From contig OZ260664.1 of NCBI GenBank assembly GCA_965285935.1, forward strand, positions 4,774,001 to 4,838,000: DNA of 64,000 nt. The letters are read 5' to 3'. The notes under the pieces are model-generated. The model did no database searches and was not told the origin of the DNA. It saw only the letters and a list, made by a program, of their open reading frames with translations. Each line of letters opens with the position of its first letter. Position 1 is the first letter of the stretch. Made by a program: the position numbers and the translations under genes. Of this stretch, positions 1-12,572 are shown piece after piece. The DNA comes from Ophelia neglecta (Eukaryota).

Positions 1-2299
1 TTCTGTTTAAATTCTGTTAATGATAAAAGCTAGGCCATACTCTCGCCGCTCGCTGCTACCCAGAATGACAGCAAACCGAATTAGGCGACATTTACCCTCT
101 TTGGTCTATACGATATGGCAAGAAAGAAGAAGTATGGAAAATGAAATAAGAGTCCTCAGTCTGCTTTGTGACCCATCACCCTCTTTTTCAGTGTTGATGA
201 ATTGATCATATGCTAAGTTGATGGCAGCTATTGCTTGCCCTGGAAATTAGTTTGATTCTGTCACTGTTATGCCGTATACTATAGCCTAGCTGTAATCAAA
301 CCGCTTTGATGTTGACCTCACCTGACATGTACAACAATACTTGTCGAACTGTGGTCGACAGTCACACCACTATCAATGCTTATGTACATTTGATAGCCAC
401 TTAACTGATAATGACCCATGATGGGTACTTCAGACGGTCCTATAGGGACCTGTGATGAACTGTCACGGCAGTTAAATATGGTTGATATCAGGTGTGTCAT
501 TGGTGAGATAGCTAGTCCATTGGAGAGAGGTGGTGGTTTATCATTGGCGTGATACCGACTTAAAGGGTAGATTCAAATAGAATCAAAAGACCATAACATG
601 TACACCAATGCATACGAACCGAAAAGGCCGAACATTTTAAAGAACGTTGACAGCAGTTGAACAATCTGCCACTTAGTTGTAGCTACCATCATATATGCGA
701 AACATGCTCCGAATCATCTCGATAGGTAAAGGTGTACACTTTATCTATGGTTTTCATTATTATTTCTTGTTCGTCCTTATTTTGATGAACAGCTATCCAT
801 GTATTACTCTCTAACAGAGTTTAGAACATGTGAATATAATATTGGCGCGTTTTAATTTCACCACCGAGTGATTTTTCACGTAATTTGAGAAGTTAAACCC
901 GCTGGAACATTATAACAGTAACAGTAGCTGAGAGGAGTGTAGAACTCGATTATATGATGTTATTTTTGTTACAGCCTTGTGAAGAACTTTGACTGAGAGA
1001 TGCAGGTGACATTACATGGCTTAGATATTAGTGTAATCTATGAGACACTTTGGAATTACCTTACTGTCCTAAGCAATGAGATGTCTTGTGACTAGTAATT
1101 GCAGTAAAGTCTTTCGGCGGCCTTTCGTGGTAAGTTTGCTTTCATATCGTGAATCCCGGTTTGTATCAGATAAATTTTATATCAGTGCAATAATTTTTGT
1201 TGACTTTTGTTTATTATTTGGTATATTTGGCATAAATCTCATTTTCATTTTTATTGACGATAATGTATTTGATTTCCTGTTAATTTCCCATTCCAACGAC
1301 TTCATTCATTGCAAACATGACCACTCTATATCAAGTATCGCATATCAAGGCCCATGTTTTACTCATTTTGCATTAGAAAATCCTTGCACCAAATCACTCA
1401 ACTATCTGCCTTAGTCTTCTCTGCGCGCAGGTTTCGGGTTTCAGGCCATCGCCTGGGATCCGACTGATAACGCCATAAACTTTGTTTTTATCACTCACGT
1501 CTCATTATATTTTAATATGGGGTATGAATAATTCACCCCATTCTTAGATTGAAGCTCTTTGGTTTCAGATTTAGAGCTAAATGTCACCTACCGCTTGCTC
1601 AACATGGGGCCTTAGAGGCGAAGAAATGAACATTACATAAAACCCTTATGTATTTAATAAATTGCATTAAATGCAGGTTTAGCCGCGGGACATCTGACCA
1701 TATTTGGCAGAATAATGTTTTTCATGATTTTTTACCAGTTTCGACATAATCCATTTAGTTTATTGGTGGAGCTTTAAACACACCCTTATCCAGCGAATTA
1801 CCGTGGCAACACGTCATTTTCCTAGCCCTCCTGATGAGCCTACAATGCTTACAGCAACCTGCTGCCGGTAAAACGCAGACGTACTATGCCGGATTGTTCA
1901 AAGGTAGTCTGATGGAAAAGAATTGACATGTGGATAAGTTTCTTGAGTGAATTTAGTTATGAGTGGTGTGAATAAGTGCGACCCCCAGCTGGAGGTCTCC
2001 AATCACCCCCCCCCCCTAACCCCTTCCCCGCTGTATACCATCACCACACCCCGCTCATCTCAACAATATTCAATGTAATACTATATATCTGTTATCAGTT
2101 GCGGCAGCCATGAATAATTGATTAGGATAAGTATATTTTCTGCAAATATCTGATTTCGACATGCAAAGGTTGACCAATAGGTATCGCCCAATGGATCTTA
2201 TTAAAGTGGATGTATCAGAGTGTGTATTACAAGATAGTGCCTATCTGAGGGTGACAGGATGAGACGGGTTATGGTGTATATCATAACCGATACATTAAT

Positions 2300-3400
2300 A
2301 TCACTTGATAAAAGTTACTGCTCACTGCATATATGTGTTTCCACGGATATAAATTCTTTACATAAACGTAATACAGGCTCCTCTGACTCCAAAGGAGGGT
2401 CGAAATATATTAAAATAGTTACCAATAATCACATTAAACGCAAGAACCTAGTCCCGCAAATCACCGAAATATGTTGGTCTGCTTTGTTCTACCTTCTTAG
2501 TTAGAGCACCCTTATAGTAAGCTGAGAAAACTGGAGTACGGTATGTGAGGCTGAAATAGCTTCATCAAAGCATTATGATAGTATTAAAGCTGTAGGAGAT
2601 ATCTAATCTGAATTCTTTACTTGGTTCGTGAACAAGGGACACCATGTTCAAAGATCGACAACTGCTATTAGGCAGGAAATCATTTGCTTTTGAATCGCTA
2701 TGTACACTTCTTTCCAGCATTTTAAAGATAAAACCATCGATAAAGACATTCAGTCTTCTGTCTTCCTCTTGTGCCATAATCCGTAATTGCATTTATTTCA
2801 ATAATTAATTAATTAATTATAAGTGATTTAGCTCATGCAGTCCTCACATCTGAGTCGGACTTGTACAATCAGCCGGAGCAGATTTACGGCCGTACTGTGA
2901 AGGGTTAAAGTAGTATTTCGTTTAGTTTTACGCCTTTTAGAAACTATTGAACTTTATTGATGCAGAGTAAGATTATAAAACGGGCCAGAAAATATGTCGC
3001 AATGCAGCCTACCACCCAACAGCAATCATTCCAAGTCCTGTGGCACTAAAATTATGTTTTATTCCACCAGAATTATAAAGACATCGTCTGCAATGTCAAC
3101 TTTGTCAGACTCCTTGAAATCCTTTTAAGAAAAGTAATAAGACCCCGACAAGCTTAAGAAGTCCTGGGAAAAATTTTATCGACAAAACTTGCTCACGAGG
3201 GCTTTGCCTGCTAACGAACCCATTATTCCTGATGCGTAAGCCCCATCTTATCTCCTTACAGATGGCGAATATGGGAAAAGAATTGGCCATGGGATCCAAT
3301 CCCGCCGAATAGAAGTATCATAGTTTAAGTCTAATTTCGATATTGCTGCCGGCAATCCATGTTGGCCAAGAAGTGGCTTGTTTTTTGCTTAAATCACATT
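2300..3400 (-). pseudogene. Heavily decayed non-LTR retrotransposon (L1/Tx1-like) reverse-transcriptase fossil, tentative
   Basis: Minus-strand reading across frameshifts and stops gives RT-like motifs in the expected order: ISRSLTK..LQ (~3120-3085, cf. KILSK.LA.RL), F*KA*N (~2945-2925, cf. DF.KAFD), EH(G)CPL (~2650-2630, cf. RQGCPLS), FGD/FAGL (~2470-2450, cf. F...SGL). No ORF survives. Confidence 0.35.
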
Positions 3401-3707
3401 TTCCTTTTCATGCAATAGATCTCCATTCTCAATTGTATTCGCAGATGACAATTTAATATGGTTGTCTGGCGCCACAATACCTTACTCCAACAGAACAGTC
3501 TTTTTTCGTCTTCTTCCAACATTGTTCAAAGCAACTATAAAAAGGCGGCCTGTCAATTTGTTTTGTATCTACTTGTGGTTCGTTTTTATCCACTTCATTG
3601 TATTGAATTAAGCCAATCGAAATTCACTGTCCATTTCTATTTTCTTCAAAGCCTGTCCTACTTCTGTCTATGGAAACGATCCTGAAGGTTGTCTACGTAA
3701 CGCTCTT

Positions 3708-3810
3708 TCAAATCAAATCAAAGATATTTATTTAACCAATAAGCACATTTCAGCAAACATACATTTTTATTGAATGAAAATAATAATGGTAAATATAACA
3801 AACTGATGTC
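3708..3810 (-). mobile_element. Probable LINE 3' tail fragment
   Basis: Minus strand reads AAATAAATATC followed by (TTTGA)n, a poly(A) signal plus short tandem tail typical of CR1/L2-group 3' ends. Confidence 0.35.
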
Positions 3811-4872
3811 AAGTAACTACTCTTTGGTTGTATTGTGCTGCTTTAGTGGGTCTGTCACTACCAATTACCTCTCTAAGTGTCGGATATAATATACATGTAC
3901 GCCTTTAACAATATGAAATATATACTGTAAGAAATAAATGGGCTATGTGCGAATTAGGGCAGGTGGAGGACAAACCAGTGAGGATGAACGCCGTACTCGG
4001 TGGATTTAATATCCGTGTTTTATAGGTTTTCAGGTAATCCTCGCTATGTACGTTGGCTGTAAACCTTACATGTAATCAGATGCCTTTGGTGTTCAACGCA
4101 CCTGACTGGTAACACAAACCACATCACCCCAATGTCAAAGGCCAGACCTTTGCCATTACTGTTAGACATTTAATAGCCACTTTAACAGATAATGTGACGT
4201 TATCACACATGATGGGTCCCACAAATGTCACTTTAGTGACCTGTAATGTAATTCTATCAGTTAGAACACATTGAAGATGGTTAATTGTGTTCTTTGCGTT
4301 AAAACTGCCTGTGGGTACGTTCCAAAGTAATTGATGACATGTTGAAAGGAACTATTAGGTGTAGGTCCTTAGGCTGAGAACAAAATGCACGCACGCACAC
4401 TCTCAAACACATAGAAGTAATAATAAACCAACTCGTTCACAATGGTATCAGTATGTTATGTATTTGATTTCTTATCGTTTAATAAATATTAATTTCTTGT
4501 TATTCCAACACCTTTTTATTGGACCTGATTACTATTTTCCGGACGTTTAAGCACGTACCAAGGCTCCAGTCGGGATAAGTTTGCCTACATCAATTCCAGT
4601 CCACTTGCTCTCAATCCCGTATGACATCCTCAATGTTTACTTGATGTCTACTGTAATGGCGTCTTGTCACATGTGAAAACTTACTATTGTAAACTCATAT
4701 AATAAAGCAAAGGTGGATGATTTTCGTAAGTTTATTAAGATATAGTGATTTATATTTTGTAATAAATTATAAAAGCGATTTAAATATATGTTATATATGA
4801 ATTTCTTTGAGAAGCCACTGATATTTTCTTATAATGTTAAAGCTACTGACATATTGTACTTATTTATAAATT

Positions 4873-5075
4873 GCCGATGCGTTGGTACAGTGCTTACACT
4901 TCTGGTTACCCATTCTGGTGACTCGGGTTCAGTCCCAGATCCAGGCCGGGTCGTCCTTTAGAAAGGCGGTAGCTGCCCCGCCACCAGGTTTCGCCTCCCC
5001 GATGTGCAAGATGTGGCTACGGGGCTGGAAAAGGCCCCTGGACCTAGGATTGCGTGTGGTTAAGAGCATTGAGCG
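4873..5075 (+). mobile_element. tRNA-derived SINE, second family (5' part, diverged)
   Basis: GC-rich island with A-box-like TGGTACAGTGC (~4884) and B-box-like GGGTTCAGTCCC (~4925) at tRNA spacing. It is followed by a non-tRNA body with a GGGGC..GCCCC hairpin. No cloverleaf or terminator is evident. Confidence 0.5.
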
Positions 5076-5470
5076 GTTGTTTTCATATAGTTTTGATATG
5101 AAAAGCCTGTTAAACTCAATTCACCATAATTGTCTGCTCTAGAAATAAATGTTCAGAGTTCTTCAAGCCGTGAAAACATAATCAGTCTACGTATTACTGG
5201 TGTTCTAAATAGAATAATTCAAGTTATTGTTAACCAGTTGCTTTAAAGGTATTAAATTATATGGATGCCAGACTGTGTGATTTCTATCCTTTTGGGTAAT
5301 CTATTTTCATTTAGCAAACAGTCTAAAGAGAAAATTGATCTAAAAGCAACCAATACCAGTTTGGTATATACCTCAGATACCAATTTGTTTCTAAATTTAG
5401 CCATGTCCAAATAGTTTATTAATCATTTTATAGTAATTGATGACAAGTTATTTGCTCAATGTCCATAATA

Positions 5471-5805
5471 CTGGCCTCATAAGATAACTAATTATAAGGT
5501 AGGGGGGGGGTATTACTGGGGGAGAATCTAGAAGAAATTTTTTGGTACCTATTTTAGAGAGAAAATCTTGTTCCCCAACTTCTGAAGGGCAAAATTGATT
5601 TTCTGGGCCCAAGTTAGTATAACAAAATTTTAAAAGGTTTGTCGAAACAAGCTCCAAAAATGATAGCAAGTTTATAAAAACATTTGATAAAACATTGTTC
5701 GAACGTCATCTTCGAGCAACCAAATCCCGGATAATATTAAGGAAAACAATGTTTGGGAAAGTAATATTTCTGGACCCCCCTCATGTTATCTTATGCTGGT
5801 CACTG
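5471..5805. mobile_element. MITE (~330 bp, PIF/Harbinger-like architecture)
   Basis: Inverted repeat CATAAGATAAC (5478-5488) / GTTATCTTATG (5785-5795), each with an adjacent internal G or C run, around an AT-rich non-coding interior. Confidence 0.55.
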
Positions 5806-6839
5806 ACTAATGGGGAGTAAGTCACATTTCCTAGCTTTCAATAAATTCTTGAATTAGTCAAATCTCGTTGTAGACGAATTGTACATTCATGACAAAAATA
5901 GAGTAGGACAATTGTCTTTCCTCTTAACCCCTATCGAAGAACGTTTGTTCATCCCCACGAGTACAATTAGGACGTGGTGTAAGGGAATGTGATTGCACTG
6001 AGAGATAGTTTCTATCGCGGGGACACAGGAGGGAAGTTATTACCGCAGTAATGTCCCAGTAGGGGATAAATGACCACAGCGGGAGTAAATCGCTGATATC
6101 ATGGTGTATTTACCATTCCAAGTTGTGATTGTACTCCTCGCGTACGCCTGAAATGGCCATGGGGAGGAATAAAACGGGTTTGTTCTACATACCATTAGGC
6201 CTAAACCATGTCAATAGAGTCAATAAAAGCCAAGCGTAGTGACAGGAATGGAAGCCTGTGCGTTAACGGCGCCTACCAAAGCTTCGATGACACGCAGAAA
6301 AAGCTTTTTATTATCAGTGGAGATGAACATAAACTTAACCCTACAATCCCATTTATATCACCTTTCGATAAATGGGTTTGAGTTGGGTTATAAAATGACC
6401 ACAAATGTAGATTATTCTGCTATCAATGCTGCTATTGTAACATATTTCGCCATTATCACAAAGCCCATTGAGACTCAAAGCGACTCAATTCCGTCCTGGC
6501 CTCATGTCAATAGTGATCCCTGTTACTCCAAATTAGCTGTGGCCAAATATACAGACATATTTTAGCATCTACTTACAGGACATTTCAGTTTGCCTGGTTT
6601 TTCTCCCAGAAGTCCCTAGGCGACGGGAAGATAACTTCTTACAGTAGCGATTATGGGTTATATTTTAATGTCGGAAAAGAAGTCTAGTGAAGTTGAAATA
6701 AAATGATCATACCTTTGGATGAGATTGTCTTATTTTCTGTTCCAGACATGCTATTGAGGTCATTGTGATGTCATTTTCTACTTTCTAAGATTACCAGAGA
6801 GCAGCGAATGCCAAGTGGCAGATCAATGCTCTACTGGGT

Positions 6840-6923
6840 TGTTTGGGGGGTTTTTACGTGGCTTTCAACACTTATCGGTCATATCGCCACAGTGCCTACT
6901 TGTGACAGTGGGCTCAATGCCCT
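6840..6923 (-). mobile_element. 5'-truncated copy of the Meta-type SINE (3' end only), with TSD
   Basis: Near-identical to 56065-56148. Flanked by the direct repeat CTCTACTGGGT at 6829-6839 and 6924-6934. Confidence 0.9.
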
Positions 6924-7032
6924 CTCTACTGGGTGCGGGCACAGTCAATGACAACACACAAACTGTTAGTAATCTTTAGTTGACTCCAGTTGTGCCAAGC
7001 TAAATCAATTAAATCGGTGCTATACCCTCAAC

Positions 7033-7270
7033 AGCCGTCACCAAGCCGTCAAGAAAGGTCACGAAATTGTCAAGAAACGTCATGAAACTCTCAAAGAAAG
7101 GTCATGAAACTCTCAAAGAAAGGTCACGACACCGTCAAGAAAGGTCACGAAACCATCAAGAGAGGTCACGAAATTGTCAAGAAAGGTCACGAAATTGTCA
7201 AGAAAGGTCAAGAAACCGTCAATAGAGGTCCGATACCATCAAGAACTGTCACGAAACCATCAAGAAAAGA
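7033..7270 (+). repeat. 21-bp minisatellite (CCGTCAAGAAAGGTCACGAAA), ~11 units
   Basis: Direct inspection; explains the KKGHE repeats of ORF 7104-7379. Confidence 0.95.
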
Positions 7271-9249
7271 AATGTCCTTGCATTTTTCATTGCAGGCAAA
7301 TGTAAACTGTGTTAGTGGGATAAAGAATCTCATGGCATTCACCTGGCCACATTCAGTTGGAATGCACTTTTCCAGTTGATAATTGACTTCATTTGTATTC
7401 GATTCGAAGTGTGAGCGTCGTATAAACAAACTCACCAAGAGTTTCGAATGTAAGGCTACTACAGACGGCATTGAATTGATTATTTCCATCTTGACTGATG
7501 ATACTGTAGTCTAACCATAATCAGTTTCTTTCGCAAGTAAGTGGTTTTTCCAAGTTGCCCCTGATTGTTGAGTTTAGCATGTTGATTTAATGCCGACCGT
7601 CCCTCATGTCTGTTTACATAGGAGAGCCAGAGCTTTAGGGCATCTTTTTATGATTGGTCAATGGAATCTTGAACAACTGTTTAAATAAATCGGGCTTGAA
7701 AGATACATGTACTGTTCTGTACAGACGTGGCATGGCTTTCTCTGGATTTATATAATGAACTAGGAGGAAGTGAAGAGAGTCATTGAACCGAATGTCAGCG
7801 ATGAGCTAATGGATCGGATCTTGTTGTGTGCCTCAATGATTGGTACAGTTCAGGAGTTTCCAGGGCAATTTATTTGAGAATGTAGTGGCAATTTCCCTTT
7901 TTATCTCCTTTCATTATGCGTTAAATTGGTGCCTGAGTGAATATATTTGAATAATAGTTGTCAATTGTGTACCACTGTCATGGCTCACCTTAGTGTGGAC
8001 ATTCCTGTTAAACCTTGTGTTGCATAGAGCATGCATTGTTTATGCCCCAAACCGACATCTATACAATCTGGGCAATCATCTCTGGTGTGGGACTGCGCTG
8101 AGAACACAGCTACTTGGTTCCATCGATTATATCATTGGTGCTCAGTACGTTCCGATTCAACATTTCCTTCTATTATGAAAGGTGGAAATCACTGACACCT
8201 TCATCAAAACGAGTCAAACCAATTACCGTCTGACTGCCACCTAATAGCAGTGTATAATGACTACTAAAGCCTCTTTGATCTTTTGTTAATCACAAGCATG
8301 TTTGTTATTTTATTGATCACACATTATTTTGATTTGTACCTCAAAATATCGACTGATACAAGCATTGTCTGATCTCCAGGGCACTTAGGCCCCGTTTCCT
8401 CTCTCCTGTTAGTGGGATAAGTTTCTCTTGTGCTGTGACCCCATCATTGAACGCTGTTGTCTAGTTTTTGTAGTACGATTTAAATTATTAGTTGTTTATT
8501 ATTTATGTCGTGATAAGCTTCTTCACAGGCCGGGACTGGACGAAGGTCGAACTAACTCTATCCGCATTGTCACAAGAACCATGAATCCTACATAATCACT
8601 CCTCAGTAGGGTGCTAAAAATATGCATATGACTTATGTGTTTAGGTAGTAGCAGGTGTAACCTCAGACCTTACCATATTTTACTGTCATAATTCTCCTAT
8701 ACCTTCCGACCTACTGGTATGCATACTACCTCCGGTATGGATTATATAGTGTTGCCAGCGCATTTAGTAGGAACATCGCACCTTTCACCTCGTTGAAATT
8801 GAGCAAAACTGGACCCTGAATTCCATTATATCAATACCGGAAGTCAATAGAAATGCCAAATCCCTGGATACAGCCATTAGTCGCTTATTTGGCCTTTGAT
8901 GTTGGGAATATATTTCAGAACAGACATCCCCTTTGATGACTCAGGGAGGAAGCAACACTCATTTAATGGTTTACCCACTTTGATAATAAAGACTGAAACT
9001 GGACTGACAAATTTCTGAAATAAACCTAGTCAGAATTCATAGAACTCAGCAGTGAGAGTGCTATTGTAGCTAAGATTACTGAGGGTGGTACTTAAACAAT
9101 CTTCTTCCCGTACAGTGTTAGAATACCGAAGGCCTACGGCATAAAATATGGCATAAAATATTAGTGTCCGCCCTTAAATCTCCTACATTAAATAGGGGCC
9201 CAGTAAGCCACACTTGTTATTGTGCTTAGTTGGAAATAGAACTACAAGT

Positions 9250-9900
9250 CCTTGCCATTTTACACAAGAAAGCTGTCCAAAACAAACAATGAATAAGGGA
9301 TTATGCCGATTTTCAACATTTGCTCTCTATTAAAAAAATGTTTCCAATGCCTTAACTTTTGCTGTCCTCACTGAACAATTGCACATTGTTATTCACTTTT
9401 TATCCTCGCTTTTTGCAAGCTTCTGTAATTCATGCGTGTAAAGTAAGCCTAGAAAATCCCAATGAAAGACCACATAATCCAGATATTTTGCCTAGGTTTT
9501 TGTACAGTGTTTATTGTCCTCGCAAATAATCTGTAGTCCACCAGGGTTACAAAGTCTGAATAAGGACAGAGCCATGAAAATCTTATTCAAAATCTTTGAA
9601 AGCCAACGAAATATCATCTTTAGACTTTGCGAACCCTTTCAGAAATTTAACGTCATGTTTCAATTTCGAAAAACCGGCTGCTGCCCGGCAAACTCAGGAT
9701 GGATACCGGGCGATCAAAGCAAAGCCATTAATCAATCAACATGCTTATATACACATTTGTTCCAAACTCCTGCCAAACCTGAAAACCCCAGTTTCTTCCT
9801 GTGTGCAATACACTTCCACTCAATTATGTATGCAGTAGACAAGATAATCTGTTTGCCTGGGATTACAATAGCTTGCCCCGACAGCACAAGGCTCTTTCCT
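9250..9900 (-). pseudogene. Decayed DDE transposase-like fossil (Kolobok / 'Mutator-like' PF20700-type signatures), tentative
   Basis: Minus-strand fragments in the expected order: DYLVYC..GLAG..KC, DDISLAF..HGSVLI..PG, DY...NKHCTK (cf. TGKVLDY...NK.C..C), ALETFF..R..VENRH (cf. AME..GA..IF.RS.EKH). Many stops and frameshifts. Paralogous at DNA level to 23900-24600. Confidence 0.35.
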
Positions 9901-11079
9901 CCAAAGATTCCTTTTTCTTTCCAATATGTTATAAAACCAAAAGGTACCAGGGATTCTTCCATCCAACGTTGTTTAGTTGGTACCCATTAAGGTTGTTTCG
10001 AAATTAAAGCATTGGTGGTTTACTTGGTTTTCCTTCCAGGCCGAATTCCATACTTCTTGTTCTGCAGATATCTATCATTGACGTTCATTTGTACATTCTG
10101 CTTAAGACGGACATACAACTTCAATGGATCACTCCAAACCTTATTTGTTTGACAAAGTCACATGTATGGTTTTCAAAATTATTGCCATGAGGACCATGAA
10201 AACGACCAACCAAGTGTTTGTAATTGGCAGGATAAAAGCAATGGTAAATATTGTTTGTTCCGATTTATGGATTGTCAAGCATGTATAATGTACGTCTTAC
10301 TACAATTTGTTTGTATGTTGGTCACTCGCGCTCGTCTGTAATGGGAACTATTACTCTGACCTAAGCTCGGTAAATAACATTCTCGGTCTCCATCACGCAA
10401 TTCCTATTTAACATGCATCCGAATGACACTATAAGGTTTGTATTAATTGCCGTAATCAGCCCATTTGTCCGATGATATTGCTAATGAATGGGCAGCTTTT
10501 GTGTGTTGATAGTAGTAATAGTGGCGAAATGGACGAAATTAAGCATAGTTATGGCCCAACTAATTAATGTATTAGCTACATTTGACTTTGTGTTATAACC
10601 AGGACTGCCCATAGCTAAATTTACGAGTAAAGGCAATAAAACAGTGTCCATTTCAACTATCTACCCATTCTAACTACCTGAAAGCAATTCTTGTTCCTCG
10701 AAAACATTCTTAAATCTTACCTTAAACTATCTCGCAGCCAACCTGTGGTATTTTGCCCTCTTTGTTGTTGATGTGGTCGTCAGTGTAATATACCCCTAAA
10801 ATCCATATATCACTCCATCCGCGCTGACCTCCTCGGACTAAGTCAGGCTTTCATCGCCTCAGCTTAATTAATTCTCATTAATTCCCGTTATCCATGCAGC
10901 AGATCGTCTGCGGACTAATGTCCCCGATAATGGCCATTAGACCACCTTATAAATGACAGCCATGACTCAAGCTTGGTTGTGAATCCGGGTTATCTCTGTT
11001 AGCTGCAGTAGCTTCCTGCCCAAGATTGTATTGGAAGGATATGAGCTGTCCAGCTATGGATGCCATTGGATGGAGGGGA

Positions 11080-11770
11080 AGGTGAACATGTACCCTGGGT
11101 ACCTGCTGGTCTCCAGGTATGAAGGTAGGACAAGATGTACCTATACCCTGGGCTCCAGGTGGTCTCAAGGAGGAGGGATGGCATGGTGTACATATATTCT
11201 GGGTACCTGTTGGTCTGGTATACAGGGAGGACAAGTTGTACATGTACCCCGGGTATCCGTTTGTCTCCGGGTATGGAGGACGAGGTGTACCTATACCCTG
11301 GGTCCCCGGTGGTCCCCTGGGTCCCCGGTGGAAGCGGGTTGGTATGGTATACATTTATTCTGGACACCTGTTGGTCTCCTGGTATACCGGAAGGACAAGT
11401 TGTACATGTACATGTACCCCGGGCTCCAGCTTGTCTCCTGGTATGGAGGGGGAACGAGGTGTACATGTACCCTTGCGTATCTGCCAGTCTCCAGGTATGA
11501 AGGTAGTGCAATATGTACATATACCATGGGTTCTAGTTTATCTCCAGTTATGGATGGATGGCATGGTGTATTTATACTCTAGGTACTCCTGGTATAGAGG
11601 GAGGGCAAGGTGTACATGTACCCTTGCCTACCTGCGGGTCTCCAGGTATGAAGGTAGGGCAAGGTGTACATATATTCTGGGTACCATCGAGAAAAGGGGA
11701 TTAACCCCGAAGGTAACGGCTGGCGTCCAGTAATGGAGGGTTGGCAAGGTGTAGATGTGCCCTGGGCTTC
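11080..11770 (+). repeat. ~53-bp diverged minisatellite (GGTGTACATGTACCCTGGGTACCTGCTGGTCTCCAGGTATGAAGGTAGGGCAA), ~13 units
   Basis: Recurring TGTACA/TACC..GGGT..TCTCC.GGTAT motifs at ~53-bp spacing; source of six overlapping spurious ORFs. Confidence 0.95.
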
Positions 11771-12087
11771 AAGGACAGTTAAGACTTATCCTATTTTAAA
11801 CAGGCTTACCTGAGGTTATCTGGGTTTCCACTCTCTTTTATTGCTATTAAGACTATTAAAGTATAAGAGGAAGTGTAAGACAGTGGAGTTCAAATTAATT
11901 AGCTTAGTGTGGATATTGAATTAACAAAATATGTGGCTGCAACCTGGTTGAAAGATTAACGGTTATTCAGTTATGTTGATTAATACCCATCAAATCTGAT
12001 ACACATATGCTTAAAACCACGTAGTAACTTACTAACTCTTAATAGAGCATTTTAAAGTTTTCCCAATTCCTGATAACTCAAAATGCA

Positions 12088-12280
12088 TTAGGCCAACCCT
12101 TTAACCCCTGTTGTCCATACTATCGTTAAAGCAAGCCACCAATGTTTGTTTAGGCCAGCCCTTCAGTTCCCTGATGTCCAAACTCCAAACTTCCGTTAAA
12201 GCCAGCCACCATTTTAGTTTAGGCCAGCCCTTCAGTACCATGTTGTCAAGACTATCGTTAAAGCCAGCCACTAATATTTG
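12088..12280 (+). repeat. 62-69-bp tandem repeat, 3 units
   Basis: TTAGGCCARCCCT at 12088, 12150 and 12219, each followed by CGTTAAAGC.AGCCAC. Confidence 0.9.
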
Positions 12281-12572
12281 TTCTGTCCTGATGTGCTTTG
12301 GTTCGTTATTGTTCAGTTTCCATAGCAAGGAATGCTCTGTTTTTGTTAGGCTATCCCTTAATGTGTGCATATTTCTGGGAATATTGGGATGGTAACTGGA
12401 TGTTGGATGTTTAACATTGGATTACACTTGACCTCGATGTCCATGGCCAATGTCCAGTCGGAGTAATGGGAGCCCATCATCCATTTTACATCATTAATCA
12501 TTGTGGTAAATTAATTATGTTCGATTCATGACCATAATAATCATTTGTCAAATTGTCAGTTTAGTAGTTGTA

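Larger units (their letters stand above)
1..10624 (+). repeat. Copy 1 (5'-partial, internally re-duplicated) of an ancient ~16-20 kb tandem-duplicated non-coding unit
   Basis: Collinear anchors to copy 3: GGCTAT..GAATTA..GGGCAGG..TACTCGG 3941/41094; GAGTACAATTAG...ATGTGATTGCACTG 5959/44073; TGTCCATTTCA 10645/48401. Anchors to copy 2: ACAGTGTTT..CGCAAA(A)TAATC 9504/24073; GACAAGATAATC 9838/24521. The unit boundary is arbitrary and set at an anchor. Confidence 0.7.

Noticed and set aside
1076-1414. 112-aa hydrophobic ORF resembling a membrane protein
   Set aside because: The hydrophobicity reflects T-rich composition; no family signature or exon boundaries.
10947-11733. Six overlapping ORFs of up to 204 aa
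   Set aside because: All lie in the 53-bp minisatellite, are open on both strands, and have no domain, splice context or codon signal.
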